64,000 bases of DNA from Candidatus Kaiserbacteria bacterium (GTDB lineage: Bacteria > Patescibacteriota > Minisyncoccia > Phycocordibacterales > JABMNX01): positions 12,381 through 76,380 of the forward strand of contig JACPLB010000004.1 in NCBI GenBank assembly GCA_016186705.1, written 5' to 3'. Below the pieces are notes generated by a model, which was given only the letters and a program-made list of their open reading frames with translations, did not search any database and was not told where the DNA came from. A program made the position numbers and the translations under genes. This document shows positions 35,883-45,199 of this stretch, in pieces. Each line of letters starts with the position of its first letter. The stretch's first letter is position 1.

Positions 35883-38216
35883 TTATCGGACTTCAAACCC
35901 TTTGTTTTGATGAAGCGACGTAGTTACGCTCTCCATAATTTCATTTACTTCCTTGTCGGAAAGTGTCTTTTCACTGGATTGAAATACCAACTGAAACGCG
36001 TAAGAGACGCGCTTGTCTTTCTTGTATTCGTCAAAAAACGATATGCGTACGAGAAGATTCCCCGCATGCTCTTTTATGCGGCTTTCAAGTTCCTGTGCAT
36101 CCACTTCTTCAGGCGCCCATACGGCAATGTCCCGAAGGACAAACGGGTAGATCGAGAATGGGCGGTACGAGAAGCCTTCGTGCTCAAAAATGTCTTCATA
36201 AAACGTCGGTTCGGGAAGTGCGTCGAGCACTACGTCAAGATTACACTCACATACACCGCCTGACCATACGCCTCCTAAGACAATCCCGAGTTCTGATGAG
36301 AGAGCTTGTACGGCTTTTTCCGCATTTTCTTTTGCGCTCGAGCCGATACATAGAGCTGTATATTCTTTCAGGTGCTCCGTACTGCCCTTAAAAATCTTGC
36401 CGATTTCAAATAAGTTAACGTCGTTTACGCCGAAGAGCGGCAGATTTTTTTGATTGCGCGCAATACCCTCTTCCACTCCGTAGTGCAATCCATCGCGCAG
36501 AAATGATTTATCGCCGGCAAGCGGGTTTTCAATTTCTATCTGCCCAAAATTCCTCATTGAGTACGTATACACTTCTGTAAAGCCCCTGTCAGTAAGAAAG
36601 CGGCGAATTTTTTCTGCGTAATAGAAACTCTTGTTTATGTCCGGCTGTATGCTGTTTTGTTCCGGAATCAGAGCGGGAATATTTTGATACCCGTAGATTC
36701 TCCCGATTTCTTCAATAAGGTCTTCTTTAACACGCACGTCCAAACGCTCAAATGGAATCTTAACGACATAGCGTTTTTTGTTGTCGGTCATCCGGCGGTA
36801 ACCGATAATGTCTTTATATTGCTTTGAATCTGATATTTTCTCTTCAACGACCATCCCCTGCTCGCGAGCGGCGTGTATCATGTTCTCTTCGCCGATATAT
36901 AACGCACAGTGGTCGACTCCTTCGGGCACTGCGGTGCCTTTCATGTATCCCACTGTCTCGTATCGTACAGCTCCCGTTTTGCTATTAAAGAAAATGAGGT
37001 CTCCTGGCTGGATATCTGAAGCACCAACGGGCATCCCGTATGCATACTGGTCAATTGATACACTCGGTAGCGCAACGCCGCCCTCAACAAAAAGATAATT
37101 GGTAAATGAGGAACAGCTGAATTGTTTTCCGTTGTCATATCGAATTGCCCCAATCGGCGTATATGGTATGCCCTTCAGAGAGGGGGCGAGCGAAAGCACT
37201 TTTTCAATCGGAGAGACCTTTTCATAAACATATCCAAGAGAAGTGAGTGTCTTTTCAATTTCTTTTGCTGTGATTGACGCACCAAGGAGTTGATTTACTT
37301 CGCTAAGCGACATTCCGACTTTATACTGCATGGTCATCCGTTTCGGATACGCATCAACGTATCCCTCGACGTCCCCTCCCGCGATTTCAAGTATGAGATT
37401 TACCGCTTCGGTAATGCCGTAGTAGGCAAGCTCCGGCGCAAGCTCGTTTTCAAAACGTATTGACGCGTCGGTGCGAATTTCAAAATGGCGCGACGTTTTG
37501 CGGATGCTTGTCGGATTAAAGTTCGCCGACTCAATAATAATATCTTCCGTTTTTTCATCAATGTCGGCTGTAACACCTCCCTTTACCCCGGCGATGCCGA
37601 GAGGAAGACCGGAGTGTCCGTCAGCAATAAGGAGATGGTCGGGAGAGAGTGTGTGCTCTTCCCCGGAAAGCAGAGTTATCGTCTCTCCCTTCTTTGCGCT
37701 GCGGACAATAATATGCATTCCATTTTCCTCCGCGAGCTTCCGCGCGTCAAACGCGTGGAGGGGTTGACCAAGAGAAAACATAACATAATTAGTCGCATCA
37801 ACGACATTGTTGATGGATTTTTGACCAATACTTAGAAGTCTCTCTTGAAGCCATTGCGGAGATGGAGCAATGCGCGCACCGCGGATAACCCCAGCCATGT
37901 AGCGGCGGCACATGAGCGGGTTTTCAACGGAGACCGAGAGCGTGCGTGACAAAGGAAGCTGTTTTTCCTTTTCGCGCATCACATCTTGCTTAAGCGGCAT
38001 GTTTAAAAGTACGGAGAGTTCTCGCGCAACACCGAGATGCGACAGACAGTCGTGTGTTCGATTCGGCAGAATGTCTATATCAAAGATAGTATCATCTCCG
38101 ATCTTCTCTACATGCTCCACTTCAAAAGCATGGAACGTGAGCGTGTCCGCGACCATCTCGGGAGACGGGAGTTCTTTTTCAAAATACGATTGCAGCCAGC
38201 GATAACTTGCTTTCAT
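35883..38216 (-). CDS. pheT: Phenylalanyl-tRNA synthetase beta subunit carrying a ~150-aa NlpC/P60-like insertion in the B5 domain
   Basis: B3/4, B5 (…LGYVYEKV // YVVKIPFERLDVRVKEDLIEEIGRIYGYQNIP) and C-terminal domains align with PheT. Residues ~341-495 instead read ...GKQFSCSSFTNYLF...GDLIFF...HCALYIGEENMIHAA..., matching NlpC/P60 Cys and His/His motifs. Confidence 0.9.
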   Translation of the reverse strand: MKASYRWLQSYFEKELPSPEMVADTLTFHAFEVEHVEKIGDDTIFDIDILPNRTHDCLSHLGVARELSVLLNMPLKQDVMREKEKQLPLSRTLSVSVENPLMCRRYMAGVIRGARIAPSPQWLQERLLSIGQKSINNVVDATNYVMFSLGQPLHAFDARKLAEENGMHIIVRSAKKGETITLLSGEEHTLSPDHLLIADGHSGLPLGIAGVKGGVTADIDEKTEDIIIESANFNPTSIRKTSRHFEIRTDASIRFENELAPELAYYGITEAVNLILEIAGGDVEGYVDAYPKRMTMQYKVGMSLSEVNQLLGASITAKEIEKTLTSLGYVYEKVSPIEKVLSLAPSLKGIPYTPIGAIRYDNGKQFSCSSFTNYLFVEGGVALPSVSIDQYAYGMPVGASDIQPGDLIFFNSKTGAVRYETVGYMKGTAVPEGVDHCALYIGEENMIHAAREQGMVVEEKISDSKQYKDIIGYRRMTDNKKRYVVKIPFERLDVRVKEDLIEEIGRIYGYQNIPALIPEQNSIQPDINKSFYYAEKIRRFLTDRGFTEVYTYSMRNFGQIEIENPLAGDKSFLRDGLHYGVEEGIARNQKNLPLFGVNDVNLFEIGKIFKGSTEHLKEYTALCIGSSAKENAEKAVQALSSELGIVLGGVWSGGVCECNLDVVLDALPEPTFYEDIFEHEGFSYRPFSIYPFVLRDIAVWAPEEVDAQELESRIKEHAGNLLVRISFFDEYKKDKRVSYAFQLVFQSSEKTLSDKEVNEIMESVTTSLHQNKGFEVR

Positions 38217-38222
38217 AAAAAA

Positions 38223-38981
38223 TCAGAATTGATTTATAAATCGCAAATCACCCGTATGGAAAAGTCGAGCGTCATCGATGCCGTATTTCAGCATGCCGAG
38301 CCGTTCAATGCCGGCGCCGAACGCGAATCCTTTCCACTCCCGTGGGTTAATTCCCGCGGATTCAAGGACTTTCGGATGCACCATGCCTGCCCCCATGATT
38401 TCAATCCATTTCCCCGAAAGGCGTTCCGGCGCATTCGTACCCGTTAAGCGCATGTCAACTTCAACTCCCGGCTCGACAAACGGGAAATAGCTCGGACGGA
38501 ACCTGATTTCAACGGCGCTTCTGAAGAACTTCTCGAAGAAAATTTTGAGTGTGCCGCGGAGGTGCGCGAGCGCGACATCCTTCCCCACCATAAGTCCTTC
38601 CAGTTGGTAAAACTGGGCTTCATGCGTCATGTCGGTTGCTTCGTGCCGATATACTTTCCCCGGTGCGATAATCCGAAAGGGCGGTGTGTGGGATTCCATA
38701 TAACGAATCTGTACGGGAGACGTATGCGTCCGGAGGAGGTGCTTTGCGCTGTGCGGCTTGAGCCAGAAAGTATCCCACATGTCGCGCGACGGATGGTCGG
38801 CGGGAATATTGAGGGCGTTAAAATTGTAGTGTTCGGTTTCAACTTCCGGTCCCTCCGCGAGCGCAAAGCCCATATCGTAAAAAATCGCGTTGATTTCGCG
38901 AATCATTCTTGTTATCGGATGAATGTGCTCCTTGGAAGAAGACGAGGTATTCTGCGTCGCCATAGGCATGATTATACGCAA
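38223..38981 (-). CDS. pheS: Phenylalanyl-tRNA synthetase alpha subunit (short, no N-terminal coiled-coil)
   Basis: Class II motifs (NIPADHPSRDMWDTF; FRPSYFPFVEPGVEVD; GAGMVHPKVL). It is 252 aa against ~330-350 for typical PheS. The start among M1/M5/M7 is ambiguous. Confidence 0.9.
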   Translation of the reverse strand: MRIIMPMATQNTSSSSKEHIHPITRMIREINAIFYDMGFALAEGPEVETEHYNFNALNIPADHPSRDMWDTFWLKPHSAKHLLRTHTSPVQIRYMESHTPPFRIIAPGKVYRHEATDMTHEAQFYQLEGLMVGKDVALAHLRGTLKIFFEKFFRSAVEIRFRPSYFPFVEPGVEVDMRLTGTNAPERLSGKWIEIMGAGMVHPKVLESAGINPREWKGFAFGAGIERLGMLKYGIDDARLFHTGDLRFINQF

Positions 38982-39003
38982 AAATAAGCCGCGACAAAAG
39001 GCG

Positions 39004-39882
39004 CTACAGCGCGACTCTGAATAAACGTTCCTCTCCCGTTATGAAAATAGCGTCTCCGAGAACGCGCACTCGAGCATCTTTCCCAAGGTAGAGCGGTTTT
39101 ATATTTCTTGGAATACGCGGGTCAATCTCGGTAACGTGAATTCCTTCAGGCGTTTTTATGACAACGAGTTCGTTTGAGTTCGGATAGAAATCAAAGAAAT
39201 CTATCGAAGTCTTGTTAATGCGAATCTCCTTGTCGCATCGGAGTCCTTCGCAAAAGTATGAGGGAGCATTCCCTCTATCGCTTACCCAGCGCGCGAATAC
39301 GCCGTCCCCCTCCCGCCACAAAACGATGTCTCCTTTCTTTTTTATATCCGTTATACGCCTCCCTTGCGTTGAGGTGGCGAAAATGCCCGGTATATCGTAG
39401 AGAGAAATACTCGTTGCTGTCGTGCTTGTAGCAAAAAGCGCCTGTATAGAAACGTATTCCTGATTCCCTACACTTCCATTTCTCTCCGCACTCACGGGAA
39501 GAATGTCTTCAAGAGGAACCTCCTGCGGAAGAATGAACGCTGACGCCTCAACGACATGCTGAGGCTTTACTTCAAGCACCTTCTCCCACTTGAGGAACCC
39601 GTCTTTCTCAACCGCAACGTGGTACACGCGAGGGGTGAGGTCCTGAAGAAAAAATCCGTTTTTGAGGATACTCGCTCTCTTTATGAATTTCCCGTTTAAG
39701 AAGAGACGCGCTCCCGGTTCATTGAGACCGATGTAAATGCCTCCGGTTTTGACGATGGTAAAATGTTCCCCCACTCGATAGCCGGCGGAGTAGAGTACTG
39801 TCACGGGAACAAGCACCACAAAGAGAAGTATGAGAAGCACCAAGTACGTTCTCCTGACATTTTTAGAAAGCGGTTTCATCAC
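39004..39882 (-). CDS. Membrane-anchored protein with a PEGA-like domain
   Basis: N-terminal TM (YLVLLILLFVVLVPVTVLY); segment GARLFLNGKFIKRAS...LTPRVYHVAVEKDGFLKWEKVLEV resembles PEGA repeats. Confidence 0.45.
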   Translation of the reverse strand: MMKPLSKNVRRTYLVLLILLFVVLVPVTVLYSAGYRVGEHFTIVKTGGIYIGLNEPGARLFLNGKFIKRASILKNGFFLQDLTPRVYHVAVEKDGFLKWEKVLEVKPQHVVEASAFILPQEVPLEDILPVSAERNGSVGNQEYVSIQALFATSTTATSISLYDIPGIFATSTQGRRITDIKKKGDIVLWREGDGVFARWVSDRGNAPSYFCEGLRCDKEIRINKTSIDFFDFYPNSNELVVIKTPEGIHVTEIDPRIPRNIKPLYLGKDARVRVLGDAIFITGEERLFRVAL

Positions 39883-40043
39883 AGACTACTATACCCCGTG
39901 AGATACATGACGCCAAACGGGCGCAGGTACTTTTTTATTGGCGATTCAACACAGGTTCAATACCTCGGGACTTGCCCCGCATTTTGCGGGGATTGCCCCG
40001 ATAAACCTTTACTATGCTATCCCGCCTGGCACGCCTTGAAATG

Positions 40044-41600
40044 TCAGTCTGCCAAAGACTTCGTGTATTTGGGAGTCACCCAAAAACCCATGTACTTTCC
40101 GAACATGAGCCGTGTCTGAGCGTCAAGACCCGGAATGGCGCTGAATACTATCATGGTAACGGGTACGAGTATCCATTGTGCCAGCATCCCGATATATTTT
40201 GTTCGGGCGTGATGCGCCGGTCGTTTTGGAAGGAGCGCGGTTGATATGATTGCGGAGACAATCAATCCGCCCATGGCGAGTGTGAGAAATGTCCGCGCGA
40301 CAATAGGAAGATTGTACGAAAGAATGGTCGTGCTGAATTCGCGTCCGCCGACGAGAAGCGGGAGCCAGCCGAGCGAGAAGAGTACTATCGGATGAGTCGC
40401 GAGCGACCAGAATCCTTCAATTTGCACCCACGCAAGGCGCAACTTCTTGAAAAAAGGAAATTTTTTGTTTTTTATCGAGTGATAGAGAATGTACGGAACG
40501 TTTTCAACGCCGTACGTCCAGCGCCTATTTTGCCTATAGATGTTTTTAAACGTCTGCCATGTTGTCTTGGCAAGATTCGCGTCCATTGAGACTGGGTACG
40601 AAATCGGCACCACGCGGTAATCCCCGTTGTGCGCGAAAAGCAGATTCCAATAAATGCGCGAGTCTTCGCTTACCATGTTGCGTTGCCAATAGCCGACTTC
40701 ATGGAGTGCCTTGAAACTAACCGCGTGCGACGAGAACGTGGCAAGTTTCTCCGGACGTTCCTGCTGTATCATCTGCCAAAATGTGCCTGACGTCGCGGCA
40801 ACTCTTGAAAATGACGGGGCTTCCCAAATATTGTTGTTGTAGAGCGGCACCGGCTGATATGACGCCTTATGGGGCTCTTCCGTGGTTAAGAAATACCACA
40901 TGAGGCATTCAAAATACTGCGGATAGACTATCGTGTCTATGTCAAATGCAGAAACAATCACGTCTTCGTAGGAAATGCCTTGAGGGTCAAGAATTCTGAC
41001 GCGAGCCGTTTCCGCCGCATGTGCGATATTCGACCCCTTGCCGGCTGTGTCGCCGGGAATATCTTTCGGGTGAACGGAGATGAGCATATGCCCAAATATC
41101 GGGTTGAATTTCTCAACAAGGCGCTCCGCAATGCGCCGTGCTTCATTCCCTGCTCTTTCTTCCGGAGCAAGAACGACAATCATGCGTTTTCTATTTCCAT
41201 TGACCTCTGAAAGCGCTTTGACTGTGCCGCGTACCGTCTCATAATTTTCTCTGTCATACGGGAGGAGCACAAGGTGCCAGAGGTAGTCGTGCTTCAATCG
41301 AGAGAGTAGGAGCGTCCAGTCGGTCTTTATATTATGGGTAAGGCGTCTCCAATTGTGCCGCACGTGAATGGAAAGGTACACGGTTTTCAGAAGCCAAAAC
41401 AAGGAAAAAGCAATAATGAGGTATGCCGCTGTCGCGGGAGCAAAGAACGAGAGGAAGACGACCCCGCCGAGAGTGAGCCAGGAAAGAAATCCGGGGAAAA
41501 TCTCAAAGAGGCGGTATACAATGCGGTCTGTGCCGTGTAACTCGTGTGCTTTCCCGACATGAAAATCGTGCGGCAGATACAGTTCCCCTGTTTTCTCCAT
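40044..41600 (-). CDS. Family-2 glycosyltransferase, polytopic membrane (processive synthase-like)
   Basis: D,D,D,QxxRW architecture (…SAFDIDT…, …EDSRIYWN…, QNRRWTYG) flanked by multiple TM helices. Confidence 0.8.
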   Translation of the reverse strand: MEKTGELYLPHDFHVGKAHELHGTDRIVYRLFEIFPGFLSWLTLGGVVFLSFFAPATAAYLIIAFSLFWLLKTVYLSIHVRHNWRRLTHNIKTDWTLLLSRLKHDYLWHLVLLPYDRENYETVRGTVKALSEVNGNRKRMIVVLAPEERAGNEARRIAERLVEKFNPIFGHMLISVHPKDIPGDTAGKGSNIAHAAETARVRILDPQGISYEDVIVSAFDIDTIVYPQYFECLMWYFLTTEEPHKASYQPVPLYNNNIWEAPSFSRVAATSGTFWQMIQQERPEKLATFSSHAVSFKALHEVGYWQRNMVSEDSRIYWNLLFAHNGDYRVVPISYPVSMDANLAKTTWQTFKNIYRQNRRWTYGVENVPYILYHSIKNKKFPFFKKLRLAWVQIEGFWSLATHPIVLFSLGWLPLLVGGREFSTTILSYNLPIVARTFLTLAMGGLIVSAIISTALLPKRPAHHARTKYIGMLAQWILVPVTMIVFSAIPGLDAQTRLMFGKYMGFWVTPKYTKSLAD

Positions 41601-41602
41601 GA

Positions 41603-41675
41603 GCCACCCGTCGGATTCGAACCGACGACCTACGGTTTACAAAACCGTTGCTCTACCAACTGAGCTAGGGTGGCG
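41603..41675 (-). tRNA. tRNA-Thr (anticodon UGU), CCA not encoded
   Basis: Reverse complement GCCACCCTAGCTCAGTTGGTAGAGCAACGGTTTTGTAAACCGTAGGTCGTCGGTTCGAATCCGACGGGTGGCT folds into a cloverleaf (7-bp acceptor, D arm GCTC/GAGC, anticodon stem ACGGT/ACCGT, loop TTTGTAA, T arm GTCGG/CCGAC). Confidence 0.8.
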
Positions 41676-41788
41676 TTACGCAGTTTTTAGCTGTTAGCTT
41701 TTAGCTTATATGGCTTAAGGTTATAGGACGTTAGGTGACAAGGATACGATTTTTCTTGAGTGCTCCTCTGCGCTCTGCAACCGTGCGC

Positions 41789-42181
41789 TTATTCTATAGC
41801 ATCTCTTGAAGGATTTTCAAGGTTGCGTTTGTGCTCTGAAACTTTTCTTAGAAATTCAGATTGGGTAACTCCTTTTTGTATATCCCGTTTGCCTCTCAAG
41901 TATTCAAGGAGCCGAATGACTCTTTTTTCTACCGCTTTAAGTACGCTGAGCATAAAGAGCGCGAGGCGATGCGCAACAGTATGATACATCCGTGCAAAAG
42001 CAAGGTGTCCGAACACCGGCATGCGTGTGCGTACATACGTTTGAACGCGACGTACAAATTCATCAAGACGTGCGCGTTGAATGTTGAAGAGCCGTGTTTC
42101 CTGTTGTATCTCCCACATACGGAAACCGACAAGTGAAACGACCCCTATGAGTGAAAAGAAGAAGATGCCCACGCTGAACAT
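41789..42181 (-). CDS. Hypothetical small membrane protein
   Basis: N-terminal TM (VGIFFFSLIGVVSLVGF), no recognisable family, coding-like composition. Confidence 0.3.
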   Translation of the reverse strand: MFSVGIFFFSLIGVVSLVGFRMWEIQQETRLFNIQRARLDEFVRRVQTYVRTRMPVFGHLAFARMYHTVAHRLALFMLSVLKAVEKRVIRLLEYLRGKRDIQKGVTQSEFLRKVSEHKRNLENPSRDAIE

Positions 42182-42193
42182 ACGCTGTTTAAT

Positions 42194-42667
42194 TTATAGA
42201 CTATAGCGGGAAAAGTGGGAAATTTTTATCCGTTCGCCGAATTTCTGCGTTGCTGATTCTATCAGGTCGTTTACCGTCAGATGTGGGTCTTTAATAAACT
42301 GCTGTGTAAGGAGCGCTTGGCCTTTGCTTTCTTCACCTGTCTCTTCCGGAGGCAGGGCCGCTACCTGCATCGCGATATCACGCGCGAGCGCCACGAACTC
42401 ATCGTTCTTCGCGACAAAATCAGTCTCGCATGAAAGCACGACAAGCGCTCCGACCTTCTTGGTGGTGTGGATGTACGCTTCAACAACGCCGGAGTTGAGC
42501 TCGCGATTTGATTTCTTTGCGGCGATATCGCCTCCTTTTTTGCGCAAGAGCACTTTTGCTTTCTCCATGTCTCCGTCCGCCTCCTCAAGCGCCGCCTTGC
42601 ACTGCATGACTGACACCCCAGTCAAGTCTCGCAGTGATTTAATCTGGTCCATTGTTGCCATGGTCAC
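42194..42667 (-). CDS. tsf: Elongation factor Ts (short form)
   Basis: N-terminal UBA-like motif (IKSLRDLTGVSVMQCKAALEEADGDMEKAKVLLRKKG); lies downstream of rpsB. Confidence 0.85.
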   Translation of the reverse strand: MTMATMDQIKSLRDLTGVSVMQCKAALEEADGDMEKAKVLLRKKGGDIAAKKSNRELNSGVVEAYIHTTKKVGALVVLSCETDFVAKNDEFVALARDIAMQVAALPPEETGEESKGQALLTQQFIKDPHLTVNDLIESATQKFGERIKISHFSRYSL

Positions 42668-42688
42668 TGTACAGAGAGAACACTACTA

Positions 42689-43450
42689 TTATTTTTCAGT
42701 TTCGTCTTTCTTTTCGAGAGCCGCACGCGGCACTGCCTTGTGTTTTTTATAGGCATCCGCGAGTGCATGCGTAAAAAAACCGATGCTTTGTGTTCCCGCA
42801 TCATTGGCAAAAATAGGATATTCCGCCGACCCAACATCGCAGTCGGAGTTCATGAGGGCAATGACCGGAATGTTCCTTTTTTTCGCTTCTTCAACGGGAA
42901 TGTGCTCGCGTTTTGTGTCTATCACAAAGAGCGCCGCCGGCAACTCTTTCATCGGAGTCAGACCTCCGAACGCGGCTTCAAGGGACGCGATTTCTCTGCC
43001 TAAAAGTAACTGCTCGCGTTTTGTGTATTTCCGCGCAAGTTCACCCTTTTCTCTTTCGCCAATGAGGGTTTCAAGGCGAGCGATACGTTTTTTAATTTCA
43101 TCAAAGTTAGTCAGAGTGCCGCCAATCCAGCGTCCGGCGACGTACGGCATATCAAGCGAGAGAGCGGTGTTTTTTACCATGTCCCGCGCTTCATTTTTCC
43201 CGGTAACAAAAAGAACCTGTTTTCCTTCTTTCGCGAGCGAAATGATGAATTCAATCGCCTCTTGAAGAAGCTTCTCCGTTTTTTCAAGGTCAAAGATTTC
43301 AACCTTATCCTTTACTCCAAAAATATACGGCTGTGCCGTCGGATGGCGCCGTGCTTTGCTGTACGCGAAATGCGCGCCTGCTTCAAACATGCGCTGAATG
43401 GTGCCGCTCCCGCTCATTTTTATTCCTGTGTCCATATCAATAGTACCCAA
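42689..43450 (-). CDS. rpsB: 30S ribosomal protein S2
   Basis: MLEAGAHFGH-like N-terminus (MFEAGAHFAYSKARRHP) and conserved rpsB-tsf order. Confidence 0.9.
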   Translation of the reverse strand: MGTIDMDTGIKMSGSGTIQRMFEAGAHFAYSKARRHPTAQPYIFGVKDKVEIFDLEKTEKLLQEAIEFIISLAKEGKQVLFVTGKNEARDMVKNTALSLDMPYVAGRWIGGTLTNFDEIKKRIARLETLIGEREKGELARKYTKREQLLLGREIASLEAAFGGLTPMKELPAALFVIDTKREHIPVEEAKKRNIPVIALMNSDCDVGSAEYPIFANDAGTQSIGFFTHALADAYKKHKAVPRAALEKKDETEK

Positions 43451-43494
43451 AGAGTTTAGCAGAAACGAGATGCTTCTGCAATATGATTTAAATG

Positions 43495-44466
43495 TCAGTT
43501 GCGAGTCTCCGCTTCCTCAAACGAAGTGAGAATCGTGGAGATGTCGCCTTCCAAGACACGACTAATGTTTGACCATGATTTCTTGAGGCGATGGTCGGTA
43601 ATGCGGTCTTGCGGAAAATTATACGTGCGGATTTTTTCCGAGCGGTCGGCGGTTTTTACCTGTTCGCGGCGCGCTTCCGTAGTTCGAGACATCTCTTTTT
43701 CCGCTTCAGCCTGCTCTAATTTCGCCTCCAAAATCGCAAGTGCCTTTTCGCGATTCTGCTTTTGACTTCGCTCGGATGTACACCTAACGTCAATGCCGGT
43801 AGGCCGGTGAATCACGCGCACCGCCGTTTCTACCTTATTCACGTTTTGTCCGCCCGCCCCGCCCGAACGCGAGAACTCAATGTCAATGTCGGCCGGATTA
43901 ATCTTAACTTTCTGCTTTTTCCGGATCGGGAGAATGACAATTGACGCCGTTGAGGTGTGTATGCGTCCGGATTTCTCCGTCTGGGGAATTCTCTGTACCC
44001 GATGCACGCCGGTTTCATGCCGAAGTTTTCGGAAAATATCTTTGCCCTTTATTTCCATTGACGCTTCTTTGTATCCATGGAGAGCGCTTTTTGATTCACT
44101 TAACACGCGCGGACTCCATCCTTCCATTTCCGCGTATCGTTTATACATTAAGAAGAGCTCTTCGGCAAAAAGTGCCGCTTCTTCTCCGCCCGCACCGGCG
44201 CGAACTTCGAGCACCACTTCGTTTGGAAACCGCTCTTCTTCCACGTCTGCTTTCGCGATTCGCTCCATTTCGCGTACAAGCTCTTCCTGCTGTTTTTTGA
44301 TTGACTGCAATTCTTCTTCCGCGAGATTTTTCATTGACGGGTCTTTTGACATAAGGTCGAGCATCTTCACCTCTTCTTCCCGCACACGCTCAAATTGCTC
44401 CACCAAAAAAGCGGTTTTTCTATTCTCGCGATAATCTTTAAGAGAGTCTTCGTGCATAGGATACAA
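43495..44466 (-). CDS. prfA: Peptide chain release factor 1
   Basis: GGQ motif ([25 protein letters not shown]) and the RF1-type tripeptide region RVQRIPQTE (PxT, not SPF). Confidence 0.8.
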   Translation of the reverse strand: MYPMHEDSLKDYRENRKTAFLVEQFERVREEEVKMLDLMSKDPSMKNLAEEELQSIKKQQEELVREMERIAKADVEEERFPNEVVLEVRAGAGGEEAALFAEELFLMYKRYAEMEGWSPRVLSESKSALHGYKEASMEIKGKDIFRKLRHETGVHRVQRIPQTEKSGRIHTSTASIVILPIRKKQKVKINPADIDIEFSRSGGAGGQNVNKVETAVRVIHRPTGIDVRCTSERSQKQNREKALAILEAKLEQAEAEKEMSRTTEARREQVKTADRSEKIRTYNFPQDRITDHRLKKSWSNISRVLEGDISTILTSFEEAETRN

Positions 44467-44502
44467 CGCCCCGGCATCAAAGCAAAAGCTGAAAAGACGG
44501 AG

Positions 44503-44781
44503 TTATTTTTTTGCCCGTGGCGCTTTCTTTGCCGCAGCAGCTTTTTCGCGCGCCTTGAATTTCTCCACGCGACCCGCAGTGTCCATTATTTTTTCTTTGC
44601 CGGTATAGAACGGATGCGACGCGCTTGAGATTTCAACACTAAAGAGCGGGTATTCTTTGCCGTCAGTCCATTTTCCCGTCTCTTTCGTCTCTACCGTTGA
44701 GCCAATGAGAAAACGTTCCCCGCTCGAGTTGTCGTGGAATATGACTTTTCTATAATTTTCGGGATGAATACCTTTTTTCAT
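44503..44781 (-). CDS. rpmE: 50S ribosomal protein L31 (type B, no Zn-binding cysteines)
   Basis: [13 protein letters not shown]... N-terminus. The ATG at 44781 was verified; the ORF track began 26 codons upstream. Confidence 0.85.
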   Translation of the reverse strand: MKKGIHPENYRKVIFHDNSSGERFLIGSTVETKETGKWTDGKEYPLFSVEISSASHPFYTGKEKIMDTAGRVEKFKAREKAAAAKKAPRAKK

Positions 44782-44894
44782 CTTCAGAAGAATATCAGAG
44801 AAATCAGGGGTTTGCAATTTTACGTGAGGCGGAATAAGATGACGAAAGCCTTGTAACAATCATCGTTTTTTTGTTTTTTACGTGGAGACGGACA

Positions 44895-45134
44895 ATGACA
44901 CAGGCATCAACCTTAATTGCCAACCTAGGACACGATGTTACTGTAGGACACTTCGTCCAGCTGAAGGAGCCTTCCAAAGACTCGACGGGATACGTTGACT
45001 TGCACAAAGGACAAGAGGGAATGGTCGTAAGCATCGATGCGACTGATAAAACCGCCCTCATTCGAATCCGAATGCAGGGCAGAATGAGTCACATGTACGT
45101 GCACGTTCCCCTGCAAAAATTATGCGCTTCTTGA
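44895..45134 (+). CDS. Hypothetical small protein (79 aa)
   Basis: SD-like GGAGA 6 nt upstream of the ATG at 44895. It is followed by a clear intrinsic terminator on the same strand. Confidence 0.4.
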   Translation: MTQASTLIANLGHDVTVGHFVQLKEPSKDSTGYVDLHKGQEGMVVSIDATDKTALIRIRMQGRMSHMYVHVPLQKLCAS

Positions 45135-45169
45135 CCAAGATTGGAAGCACATTTAAAAAATACACGTTC

Positions 45170-45199
45170 CCCCGCGCTCCGGCGCGGGGTCTTCGTTTT
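45170..45199 (+). terminator. Intrinsic terminator (likely bidirectional)
   Basis: CCCCGCGC-tccg-GCGCGGGG followed by TCTTCGTTTT on the plus strand. The reverse complement also follows the stop of the minus-strand gene that ends at 45198. Confidence 0.6.

Noticed and set aside
39940-39990. ccccgcattttgcgggg hairpin between the glycosyltransferase and the PEGA-protein genes, considered as a terminator
   Set aside because: It forms a hairpin but lacks an adjacent U-tract on the minus-strand transcript. It could still be a weak attenuator, but the support is insufficient.
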